A stretch of 64,000 nucleotides of DNA from an uncultured Clostridia bacterium (lineage in GTDB: Bacteria; Bacillota; Clostridia; RUG12999). The notes beneath the pieces were generated by a model that saw nothing but the letters and a program-made list of their open reading frames with translations, did no database searches and was not told the origin of the DNA. The stretch spans positions 3,426 through 67,425 of the forward strand of contig CAKVOK010000010.1 in assembly GCA_934792465.1 (NCBI GenBank). The letters run 5' to 3'. Below are positions 20,156 to 28,761 of this stretch, in pieces; the first letter of the stretch is position 1; every line of letters begins with the position of its first letter. Made by a program: the position numbers and the translations under genes.

Positions 20156-22312
20156 CTACTTACCTGTAAACAATCTGGCAAGCTTCTGCCAGAAGTTAAG
20201 TTTTTCTTCGGTTTTGTGCGTTATTTCTTTTTCGTCAGCCTTGATTGACGGTGTTTTTATTACGAACTGTACGCTCTTCGGTTTTACCTTGCCCGGGGCG
20301 GCGAACGAAACGACTTCGGCGTTTTCGCTCATTGCTATGAGCGAGGTAATGTCGCCGCCGTATGACGAGAGAAGGCTTCCTGCGCTGCCCGTTACGCTCG
20401 CAAGCTTGCTGCTGCCGCCGAACAGCTGATTTCCGCCTTTTGTGAGCGTATCTATACTGTCGGAAAATTCATCCAGAACAGACATCATACCCTCTGTGCC
20501 GGTGTGCAGCTCATCGAAGCTGCTGCTTAGCTGCGAAGAACCGTCTTTCGCTGTGTATATTGCATTATCTATAGTAGAATAGTTTGAATATATCGTGCCT
20601 ACACCGCCGGCATATTCTTCAAATCCGCTTTGCAAATCGTTTGTTCCGCTGAGAAGCTTTTCCGCACCTTCCGTCATCTGCAATGCCGCATTGCCGAAAG
20701 TGTTTGCGGCACCGAACAAGTCGGAAGCTTTTTGAGCACCGTTGTAGAATGTATCAAACCCGTTGTTAAGAGTCTGCATATTTGTGTACATCGTTTTTGC
20801 GCCCTCTGCCATCTGCACGGCTGCGCTGCTGAATGTACTTGCTGCGCCGAACAACGTGTTTAAACCGGTTTGAGCTGTGTCAATTCCGGAGGAAAGAGCG
20901 TCTGCGCCGGCGGATATTTCGCCGAGTCCGCCGCTTATTGCCGCATTGTATTGCTGAAGCCCGCCGAGCTGTGCCGCATATTTTGCAAGATTCGGGTCGG
21001 TTTTTGCCGCATTCAGAAGCGAATTGATAATATCGGCTTCAGCACTTGCTGCGCCGCTGAGATTGCCTGCGCCGGCTTTTATAGACGCCGCACCGCCCTT
21101 CAGCTTCGACATATCCGTGCTTTGACCTTGAAGCAGTGCTGCGCCGGAAACGATTTTGTCCGCATTGCCGGATAATGTATTAAGTCCTGTTTCAATCTGT
21201 TTGTATCCGCTTCGTAGTGTCTGACCGCCGGTTTTCAGTTCATTTATTGCGCTTTTGTTTTTCTCCAGCTCTTTCAGACCTTGTTTTACTTCGGTTTTTT
21301 TGCCCGTCATCTCTTTCAAACCGCCGCTTATACGGCTGATTCCCTGGATAACGTCATATGATTTGCTGTCAAGCTCCGCAAGACCGCTTCGTATTGCTCC
21401 GCTGCCGCCGGATATTTCTGTAAGACCGCTGTCCAGACTGTCTAATCCGTATTTGTAGCTGTCCATGCCGCTTGTGAGTGCCGGAGCTGTTGTGACAATG
21501 CTTTGCGCCGCAGTATTCAGAAGATTCAGACCGCTTGCCAAATCCTCTGCACCGCCTGCAAGCTCTCCCGTTCCGCTTACAAGACTTGAAACGGAGGAGG
21601 ATATCTGCGACATTCCGACTTTCAGACTGTCTATATTCCCGAGTATTCCGTCCGAAACCTTGACCATGGCGATTGTCATGCCGTCCATTTCAAAATTATC
21701 TGCGTCAAGAGTTATGTTAAAGGTCTTATCCATGTTCGGCAAAACCATAAGTGTCAGCGATTTTGTACTGCCGACATTTGCCGTCATGGCGTCCTCACAC
21801 GCTATGTTTTTGCATTTTTCCGTATCAAACGAAATTGAAAGCTGCACGAGATAATTGTTTTTGAAATATTCGTTTGCTTTCTCGTTTACGGTCGCATCAA
21901 TCGTTATGCCAACCTTTCCCTTTTTGCCGGCAAGCTTTTTTGCGGAAACTTTTTTGCCGTTCAGCTTATAGGTTATCTTGAAATCCCACGGCAGTTCCGC
22001 CCTGTCGAGATCGCCCTGATAGTAAAAGTCCTCTGCGTTTTCGGGGACGTTCCATTTTATGTAGCCGCCCGATATTTCAGGGTTTTCCGTTGTGGAAAGA
22101 TTTTTGATTTTTTTGTAGTTGCCATAGTCCGTTACGGTATCTGCACCGGATATTTTGAAGCTGTTTACAACATATGCGCCTTTCAGGCTTCCGTCGGTAT
22201 TTAAGTTTACATAAACAGTTTCGTCTTTAGACGCCGTTCCGGCGGCGGTTACCTGCACCGCAGACACGCAAACAAGGAGAATTGCAGCTACAGTTCTTTT
22301 AAACTTTTTCAT
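20156..22312 (-). CDS. Secreted protein with YhgE/Pip-like L-x-x-G-x-x-x-L heptad/undecad repeats
   Basis: Signal peptide (MKKFKRTVAAILLVCVSAVQVTAAG), an N-terminal globular region, then about 350 aa of degenerate repeats such as LASGLNLL/LDSGLTEISGG/IRSGLAELDS/LRSGYKQIETGLNTLSG/LQSGFEEYAGGV. There is no C-terminal membrane domain. The start is placed at 22312 (GGAAAGGA RBS), giving a 14-nt overlap with the MMPL stop. Confidence 0.55.
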   Translation of the reverse strand: MKKFKRTVAAILLVCVSAVQVTAAGTASKDETVYVNLNTDGSLKGAYVVNSFKISGADTVTDYGNYKKIKNLSTTENPEISGGYIKWNVPENAEDFYYQGDLDRAELPWDFKITYKLNGKKVSAKKLAGKKGKVGITIDATVNEKANEYFKNNYLVQLSISFDTEKCKNIACEDAMTANVGSTKSLTLMVLPNMDKTFNITLDADNFEMDGMTIAMVKVSDGILGNIDSLKVGMSQISSSVSSLVSGTGELAGGAEDLASGLNLLNTAAQSIVTTAPALTSGMDSYKYGLDSLDSGLTEISGGSGAIRSGLAELDSKSYDVIQGISRISGGLKEMTGKKTEVKQGLKELEKNKSAINELKTGGQTLRSGYKQIETGLNTLSGNADKIVSGAALLQGQSTDMSKLKGGAASIKAGAGNLSGAASAEADIINSLLNAAKTDPNLAKYAAQLGGLQQYNAAISGGLGEISAGADALSSGIDTAQTGLNTLFGAASTFSSAAVQMAEGAKTMYTNMQTLNNGFDTFYNGAQKASDLFGAANTFGNAALQMTEGAEKLLSGTNDLQSGFEEYAGGVGTIYSNYSTIDNAIYTAKDGSSQLSSSFDELHTGTEGMMSVLDEFSDSIDTLTKGGNQLFGGSSKLASVTGSAGSLLSSYGGDITSLIAMSENAEVVSFAAPGKVKPKSVQFVIKTPSIKADEKEITHKTEEKLNFWQKLARLFTGK

Positions 22313-24368
22313 TTTTATCCTTTCCTTTCCCATAAAAATCAAGTTTATATGTTGTTTTATATATAAGACCGTCAAACATTACAAGCAGTACAGGCAGTCC
22401 GAACAGAACAAGGATTGCCGAAAGTATACCGCCTCGTCCGACGAGTGTGCCAAGCTGACTTATAACGCCGTTGGTCGAAAACAGTCCGAGCATTATTCCC
22501 GAAAGCGTAAGTATGCTTGCGGAGGTTAAGATACTCAAAACGGTTTCCGAAAGAGATTGTTTTGCCGCCGCTGCAGCTTTCATTTTCGCACGGTTTTCGA
22601 TGTATCTGTCCGCATACAGGATTGCATAGTCAACCGTTGCACCGAGCTGTATGGAGCTTATTATAAGGTAGCCTATGTAGAACAGGCGTTTATCCGCAAA
22701 ATACGGGAACGACAGGTTAAGCCAGGTTGAAAGCTCTATTACCGCAAGCAGTATGAAAGGTAGTGTAAGTGATTTGAAGTTTATCAGCAGTATCAGTGCT
22801 ATCGATGCTACGGCAAGAAAGTTTACTTTTGTATTGTCGCTTGTTACAACGTCTCTCATGTCGTAAGAGTTTACCGACTGACCGACCAGCAGGTATGTAT
22901 TACCGTAGTATTTTTCCGCTATGCTTCGTATCTTTTCGACCTCTTCAAAGGCTTCCGTACCTTCGACATCTGTGTCTACAGTAAGTACGAAACGGCTGTA
23001 TTTGTCCGAAACAAGCTGGGAAAGCGTATCTTTCTCAACCATTTCTTCCGGAATCGTTACTCCGGCAGTTTCGGTGAATGAGATAACAGAGGTGATTTTT
23101 TCCTCAGCTTTCAGCTCATCGCCGAGAGCTTTTTCTTTTGCCGTTTTATTTATAGGAACCATAAGCACCATTTGGTTTGATTTTCCGAATTCCTTTTCTA
23201 TCAGTGCCGTATCGTCGCCGAGCTTTGTTCCCGCACCGTATATTCCGGAAGAACCGTAAGTAAAGCTGTTGTTGTTCTGCGCCAGATATGACGGAACAAA
23301 TAAGATTACAATTGCAATCAGAAGAGGTACTCTTACTCTGAATACACGGTCGCCGAGCTTTTTCGGCGGTCTTACAAAAGGCTTGTGCTGTGTTTTATCT
23401 ATATATTTGTATGTTGCAAGCGTGAGCGCCGGCAAAAATCCGAGTACCGATACAAGCGATATTACTATGGATTTTGACATTACCCAGCCCATATCCGGAC
23501 CGATTTTGAATTTCATCAGTATCAGTGCCGCAAATCCCATGACGGTTGTAAGCCCGCTTGACATTACCGAACCGGTGGATTTTTTTACGGCTTCCGCCAT
23601 TGCTTCGTTCACGTCCGGATAAATCTCACGCATTTCCGCAAACCGGTGAATCAGAAATATCGAATAGTCCATAGATACCGCAAGCTGAAGTATACTTCCG
23701 GCTGCATTCGTTACGAATGATATTGTACCGAACATCAGGTTTGTTCCTCGGTTAATCATTATGGCAACGCCGATTGTTATAAGAAACAGCACAGGCTCGA
23801 AATATGAGGTTGTTGTAAGTACAAGAATAATAAATACGAGGATTACAACAACAACGATTATTACGTTGATTTCCTTTGTCGTCTGTTTGACGGCAGTGGC
23901 GTTGTCCGCAGCGCTTCCGCTTATGGCTGCGTCATCGCCTACGATTGCACGTATGTCATCAATTGCCGCTTCTTCATAATCTTCGTCTATGGTAAGCGTA
24001 AACAATGCGTTTTTGTCTTTATAATAATCGTCAAGCAAATCCGAGTCTATAAACTCCAGCGGCTGAAATACGTTTACGGAATCGTCAAGCCATGTTACTT
24101 CTTTAACTCCTTCAACATTTTTCATTTTCTCCTTATACTTCACAGCATCGGGTATTTCAACATCGGGTATCATTACACGTGCGTTCGGCGCACCCTTTTC
24201 AAATTGCTCGTTCATAACGTTCAGAGCGATTGTTGAGGGCGATTCGTCCGGAAGATAATCCATAAGGTTGTAGTCAACACCGACTCTTAGCGACATAAGG
24301 CTGCATACGGCAGTGAGAATAACGAAGAAGATTATTATTGTTTTTTTGTACTTAAGCAGATATTTCAT
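22299..24368 (-). CDS. MMPL-family (RND superfamily) membrane transporter
   Basis: Two 6-TM bundles separated by large extracytoplasmic loops, and MMPL-typical motifs. The start is placed at MKYLLKYKK (24368), which has an RBS-like GGAGAT. Confidence 0.8.
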   Translation of the reverse strand: MKYLLKYKKTIIIFFVILTAVCSLMSLRVGVDYNLMDYLPDESPSTIALNVMNEQFEKGAPNARVMIPDVEIPDAVKYKEKMKNVEGVKEVTWLDDSVNVFQPLEFIDSDLLDDYYKDKNALFTLTIDEDYEEAAIDDIRAIVGDDAAISGSAADNATAVKQTTKEINVIIVVVVILVFIILVLTTTSYFEPVLFLITIGVAIMINRGTNLMFGTISFVTNAAGSILQLAVSMDYSIFLIHRFAEMREIYPDVNEAMAEAVKKSTGSVMSSGLTTVMGFAALILMKFKIGPDMGWVMSKSIVISLVSVLGFLPALTLATYKYIDKTQHKPFVRPPKKLGDRVFRVRVPLLIAIVILFVPSYLAQNNNSFTYGSSGIYGAGTKLGDDTALIEKEFGKSNQMVLMVPINKTAKEKALGDELKAEEKITSVISFTETAGVTIPEEMVEKDTLSQLVSDKYSRFVLTVDTDVEGTEAFEEVEKIRSIAEKYYGNTYLLVGQSVNSYDMRDVVTSDNTKVNFLAVASIALILLINFKSLTLPFILLAVIELSTWLNLSFPYFADKRLFYIGYLIISSIQLGATVDYAILYADRYIENRAKMKAAAAAKQSLSETVLSILTSASILTLSGIMLGLFSTNGVISQLGTLVGRGGILSAILVLFGLPVLLVMFDGLIYKTTYKLDFYGKGKDKNEKV

Positions 24369-24499
24369 ATAAAATCTCCATTCTGCGCTGTGTTCGCTGC
24401 GCTGATATTTAGTGTTTATAAAAATAACGTGAAATTTCACATTTTTTTGTGTGATTTTTTGTTCATTATGACATTTTTATATACAAGTATATTTTTTAC

Positions 24500-24533
24500 T
24501 TGACATTTGTCAAAATATATTATACAATGTATA
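24500..24533. promoter_or_regulatory. Divergent promoter/operator: TTGACATTTGTCAA and TATACAATGTATA palindromes
   Basis: The perfect palindrome TTGACA-TT-TGTCAA (24500-24513) supplies a -35 hexamer on both strands. A second palindrome TATACA-A-TGTATA (24521-24533) overlaps the + strand -10 (TACAAT, 17-nt spacer). Confidence 0.5.
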
Positions 24534-24617
24534 TATATAAAATGCAAGATACAATTTATAAAAAATGTATTATATCCGACATTTTCAAAAAACTGTATAT
24601 AAATTGGAGGGCTTCAT

Positions 24618-25202
24618 ATGCAAAAGGAAGATTTGAGAGTACGGCGGACCAAGAAGCTGCTTGCGGACGCTTTGAAAGAGCTTATGTCGGAGAAACCGTT
24701 TGAAAAGATAAAGGTTGTCGACATATGCGAAAAGGCACTTGTGCATCGTGCGACGTTTTATGCGCATTTTGAGGACAAGTATCAGCTTTTGAGATATTGC
24801 ATGCAGGATTATGAATCGTCTTTCGACAAACCGGATATGACTGCGCATACTCCCGATGGCTACAAAAACTACTATTTGAACATAGCCCGTGATATTTTCA
24901 CAGGACTTGCGAATGATAAGACGCTTACGAAATCGCTTTTGAAGAAGAACAAAGACGATTCCATAATAACGAATGTCCGCTACGGGATTATCGAAAAAAT
25001 CAACGACAAACTCAAAAATTGTGAGAAAGCGGGAATTGAATTTCCTATCCCCAAGGAGGTTATCGCATACTTTTTCGGCGGCGGCTGCATCAGCATGGCG
25101 GAATGGTGGATTGAAAACGATATGCCCATTCCGGTAAGCGAGCTTATTGAGTTTTTGCAGAAGCTGATTCCGCAGGATTTCTTTACAAACAATGAAAATT
25201 AG
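24618..25202 (+). CDS. TetR/AcrR-family transcriptional regulator
   Basis: N-terminal HTH ..EKIKVVDICEKALVHRATFYAHFEDKYQLL.. It is divergent from the MMPL operon. RBS ttGGAGGgcttcatATG. Confidence 0.8.
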   Translation: MQKEDLRVRRTKKLLADALKELMSEKPFEKIKVVDICEKALVHRATFYAHFEDKYQLLRYCMQDYESSFDKPDMTAHTPDGYKNYYLNIARDIFTGLANDKTLTKSLLKKNKDDSIITNVRYGIIEKINDKLKNCEKAGIEFPIPKEVIAYFFGGGCISMAEWWIENDMPIPVSELIEFLQKLIPQDFFTNNEN

Positions 25203-25254
25203 CCGTACAAAGCATACGGGAACACTGCTTAAAAACAGTATTCCCGTATGTTTT

Positions 25255-26016
25255 TTATACTTTTCTGAATTTTATATCTTCCAGAAGCTCTATGCCGAAT
25301 TTGTCGGCATACTTTCTGCCGAGTGCTTCGAGCTTTTTGTTGCCCGTCATTTTGGGTTCGTGTGCGTCACAGCCTAAAATCGCCTTGTTTCCGCATTTTG
25401 AAGCAATCTTCCAAAATTCCTCATACGGATACGGTCTGTTTTCGCTCAGACCGAGTAGGTTTATTTCGAGTGGTATATCTTTTTCTTTCATGTGTATACA
25501 GAGTTTTGTCATATATTCCCTGTAAAAATCGGTATCACCTCTGTAGCCTATCAAATCCGGATGAGCAACATATGTGAATTTTCCGGTGTCAACAGCCTCG
25601 CATACCTGATTCACATATTGAATAAACACCGATTTGTCATCGGTCGGAGCACCCGAGCCTACTCCGTCATATTCGTTGAAGGTACAGTGCTGACCTAAAA
25701 TAATATAATCGCAGCCCTTTATGTTTTCGAGCATTTTATCGAAAAACTCGGGGTAATATTCGGCTTCATAGCCGATATATATTTTTATTTGGTCCTTATA
25801 TTTGTTTTTTAGCTCCGCAATCATATTCACATACAACGGCGTTTCGGATACCTCCATGCGAAAGCCTGAATGGTAACCGTTTGTAAACGGATACGGTACA
25901 TGGTCGGAAAATCCCAAAACTTTCAGACCGTTTTTTATTGCCGTTTTTACATATTCCTCCGGCTCGCCGCTTGCGTGTCTGCACAAATACGTATGTGTAT
26001 GAAAATTAGCATACAT
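25255..26016 (-). CDS. PHP-family histidinol-phosphatase-like hydrolase
   Basis: N-terminal HTHT metal motif (MYANFHTHTYLCRHASG), further His/Asp ligands (..GFSDHVP.., ..VAHPDL.., ..GCDAHEP..). Confidence 0.7.
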   Translation of the reverse strand: MYANFHTHTYLCRHASGEPEEYVKTAIKNGLKVLGFSDHVPYPFTNGYHSGFRMEVSETPLYVNMIAELKNKYKDQIKIYIGYEAEYYPEFFDKMLENIKGCDYIILGQHCTFNEYDGVGSGAPTDDKSVFIQYVNQVCEAVDTGKFTYVAHPDLIGYRGDTDFYREYMTKLCIHMKEKDIPLEINLLGLSENRPYPYEEFWKIASKCGNKAILGCDAHEPKMTGNKKLEALGRKYADKFGIELLEDIKFRKV

Positions 26017-26097
26017 AACCTATTCATCTCCATACTTTTTTTATAAGTATAACACACCGTATGGCGATTGTCAACAGTCAATTATAACAAAAATCAG

Positions 26098-26153
26098 TTC
26101 TTAAAAGCTGAAAACTACGCAGTTTGTAAAAGAAGGGGGTGCAGTATTGATTT
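26098..26153 (+). repeat. Copy A of a ~56-nt conserved upstream element, ahead of the GH28 gene
   Basis: ttcttaaaaGctgaaaaCtacgcagTttgtaaaagaaGGgGgtgcagtattgattt matches 27803-27858 with about 6 mismatches. Confidence 0.5.
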
Positions 26154-26268
26154 ATGAATGGTATACTGCAACTCCGATTTTACAATTACTTACGAAAAAT
26201 TTTCGTAAGCAATTGTATTGACATCTTAAAATAATTATGATATACTTTGGCAGAGAGGAGATGGTACA

Positions 26269-27558
26269 ATGATTAATGTTAACGATTTTAACGGATATGA
26301 TGACAATGAAATAATAGAAAATGCAATAAAGAATAAGGACAGTGACGGTATAGTTTTAATACCGCCGAGAGAGTCTGAAAGCGAGCCGGAAAGAAGTATG
26401 TGGGTTCTTGACAGAGCAATACTCATTCCGGAAAACACAACTATAATTTTGGAAAATTGTAAAATAAAGCTTTCCGATAAGTGCAGGGATAATTTTTTCA
26501 GAACCGCGAATTGCGGAATGGGAATAGAAGACCCTAAGAAAATACATAACATTCATATTAAAGGAATCGGATATTGTGTGCTGGAGGGTGCAGATCATCC
26601 GCGTGCAAGCGGCGACGGTTCGAAAATTTTGGCAAATCCATGTCCGTATACCGATGAAGATTTGTGTAAATACGCATATTGGGTACCCGATGACAGAAAA
26701 AAACCTGAAAAACTCTCTTTTGACGATAAGCATGGCTATTCCTACGGAACGGATGCCGGCAAAGAGGGCGAATCGCAGTACGGCGACTGGAGAGGCATAG
26801 GAATACTGTTTGCAAATGCCGATGTTTTCTCAATTGAAAATATAAAAATTGTTACCTCGCACGGTTGGGGTATATCACTTGAGGCCTGCACAAACGGACG
26901 GGTTGAAAAGATTTGCTTTGACGCTTGTATGTCAAAGCAAATAGACGGTATGCTTCATAATATGGAAAATCAGGACGGAATAGATGTTCGCAACGGCTGT
27001 CACGATATAATCATTTCGGATATTACCGGAAGAACCGGTGATGATTTGATTGCGCTTACCGCCATTGCAAGAGATGATGCTCCATACCGTCCCGGAGGCT
27101 CTCTGAGAACAACGCACGTCATGCATAATGACTGGTCTGCCCGTGACAGAAACATTCATGATATAATAATACGCAATGTAAAAGGCTATTCGCACCTTTG
27201 TTTTTTAATCAGACTGCTGCCCGCAGGTGCAAAGATTTGGAACGTGGTTATTGACGGAGTTATAGATACAACTCCCGATGAGGTTCATGCATTCGGCGGT
27301 ATTTTACTGGGTGATTTCGGTGCATACGGTGAAAATTTGCCCGACAGCATTGCAAACGTTACAATTTCAAATGTTATCTGCAACCGTCCGAATGCAGTTA
27401 TTGCAGAGGGATATATTACCGATTCGGTTATCTGCAATATAATTAACCGAAGAAAAAATTGCTGTGCCGTAAAAATACAAAGAGAGGACGCATTAAAAAA
27501 TACTCAAATAAACAATCTGACAACGGTTGACTCTGAGCCGATAGTAAGAAATTTTTAG
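26269..27558 (+). CDS. Right-handed beta-helix glycoside hydrolase (GH28-like)
   Basis: NQDGIDVRNGCHDIIISD and GRTGDDLIALT match the GH28 NTDGxD / GDDxIA catalytic motifs, and HGWGISLE matches the G-HG-SIGS region. Promoter TTGACA (26218) -17- TATACT, RBS GAGAGGAG. Confidence 0.65.
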   Translation: MINVNDFNGYDDNEIIENAIKNKDSDGIVLIPPRESESEPERSMWVLDRAILIPENTTIILENCKIKLSDKCRDNFFRTANCGMGIEDPKKIHNIHIKGIGYCVLEGADHPRASGDGSKILANPCPYTDEDLCKYAYWVPDDRKKPEKLSFDDKHGYSYGTDAGKEGESQYGDWRGIGILFANADVFSIENIKIVTSHGWGISLEACTNGRVEKICFDACMSKQIDGMLHNMENQDGIDVRNGCHDIIISDITGRTGDDLIALTAIARDDAPYRPGGSLRTTHVMHNDWSARDRNIHDIIIRNVKGYSHLCFLIRLLPAGAKIWNVVIDGVIDTTPDEVHAFGGILLGDFGAYGENLPDSIANVTISNVICNRPNAVIAEGYITDSVICNIINRRKNCCAVKIQREDALKNTQINNLTTVDSEPIVRNF

Positions 27559-27802
27559 CAAATTAGAGCAGAAACATATAAAAGAGAGAACAAAATCTGC
27601 CTGCAATAATAGCTGCTGAACAATTAACTTCATATACTACTTTTGATATATTACATATGTCTGATTATGAAATTACGGTATAGTGCAATTATACCAAATG
27701 AAAATTACTTTGAAATGTGACGATAAAACTTGATGTGTCCAAAAATGAAAAGGGCTTCCGAATTAACAGTTCGGGGGCTTTTATTGTGTACATGAAAAGC
27801 AA

Positions 27803-27858
27803 TTCTTAAAATCTGAAAATTACGCAGCTTGTAAAAGAAATGGATGCAGTATTGATTT
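27803..27858 (+). repeat. Copy B of the ~56-nt conserved upstream element; its 3' end forms the -35 of a TTGATT-17-TGgTATAAT promoter
   Basis: Aligns to 26098-26153. An extended -10 lies at 27872-27880. Confidence 0.5.
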
Positions 27859-27882
27859 TTCACTGCTTTTATGGTATAATGG

Positions 27883-28116
27883 AAATGTACAATTAAATAA
27901 CGGAAAGCTGACGTTTTCCTTAAAAGGTTATTTCCATTGCTTTCTGCGACCGTTCACGGTCTTGAAAGAATGAAATGTACAATTAAATAACGAAAGGCGT
28001 AGCCTTTCTTGAAAGGTTATTTCCGTGCGAAGCACCAAGGTTCCGGGAACCTGTCGCAATCTTTGATTGCGGTAACAGGTCGGGTTCTTATTGCTTTCTG
28101 CGACCGTTCACGGTCT
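27883..28116 (+). promoter_or_regulatory. Long 5' leader built from two tandem structured repeats (U1 27883-27972, U2 27973-28116)
   Basis: Both units open with AAATGTACAATTAAATAACG and close with TTGCTTTCTGCGACCGTTCACGGTCT (hairpin GACCG-TTCA-CGGTC). Their first hairpin carries compensatory changes (GGAAAG/CTTTTCC versus GAAAGGC/GCCTTTC). U2 has a ~65-nt insertion of nested hairpins. Confidence 0.35.
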
Positions 28117-28173
28117 GAAAAAATAAACTTACAAATAATGACATAATAAAGATAAAAAGGAAGGAAGATTTCT

Positions 28174-28761
28174 ATGTACATAATAAAAAAACGGAATGTT
28201 GATAAGTGTGAAAAAATATATATCGACAAATCTTTATGGGGAACGGACACTTACAAACCGGAAGTATATGCTCAAATAGCGCATGACAGCGAAGGATTCG
28301 TAATTAAATTCACGGTGCATGAAAAAAATCCGAAATGTATTCATAAGAATCACCTTGAATATGTGCATCTGGACAGCTGTATAGAATGGTTTGTAAATTT
28401 CGCTCCGGAAAAGACCGATAAATATTTTAATTTTGAAATTAACGCCGCAGGTGCAATGAATGTCGGATTCAGAAAAAATCGTGATGAATACAAGCTTCTG
28501 ACTCCTGAGGAAATAAATTCGTTTAATATAAAAACCGAGATTTTTGACGATTACTGGACGGGCGAATACAAAATTCCGTTTGCTTTCATAGCAACCAAAA
28601 TCGACGGATATAAATTCGAAGAAAATCCGAAAATAAAAACAAACCTATATAAATGCGGTGATGAAACGGAATTTGAGCATTATATGAGCTGTTTTGACAT
28701 ACCGCTAGAAAAGCCGGATTTCCACTGTCCGCAGTACTTCGGAGAAATGTGCATAGAATAA
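28174..28761 (+). CDS. Hypothetical 195-aa protein, possibly a carbohydrate-binding (CBM9/DOMON-like) fold
   Basis: Good RBS (aAGGAAGGAAGatttctATG). Aromatic-rich beta-type sequence with C-terminal ..YKCGDETEFEHYMSCFD.. The function assignment is weak. Confidence 0.45.
   Translation: MYIIKKRNVDKCEKIYIDKSLWGTDTYKPEVYAQIAHDSEGFVIKFTVHEKNPKCIHKNHLEYVHLDSCIEWFVNFAPEKTDKYFNFEINAAGAMNVGFRKNRDEYKLLTPEEINSFNIKTEIFDDYWTGEYKIPFAFIATKIDGYKFEENPKIKTNLYKCGDETEFEHYMSCFDIPLEKPDFHCPQYFGEMCIE

Noticed and set aside
27900-27990. Mini-ORFs in the tandem leader units (MEMYN, MKCTIK)
   Set aside because: The two units would encode different peptides in different frames, so the conservation is at the RNA level and not a conserved leader peptide.
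27883-28116. Assignment of the tandem structured leader to a named riboswitch class
   Set aside because: I compared it by eye with consensus features I recall for c-di-GMP-I/II, guanidine-I/II/III, ZTP, fluoride, preQ1 and T-box leaders. None fit, so it is reported only as an unclassified structured leader.
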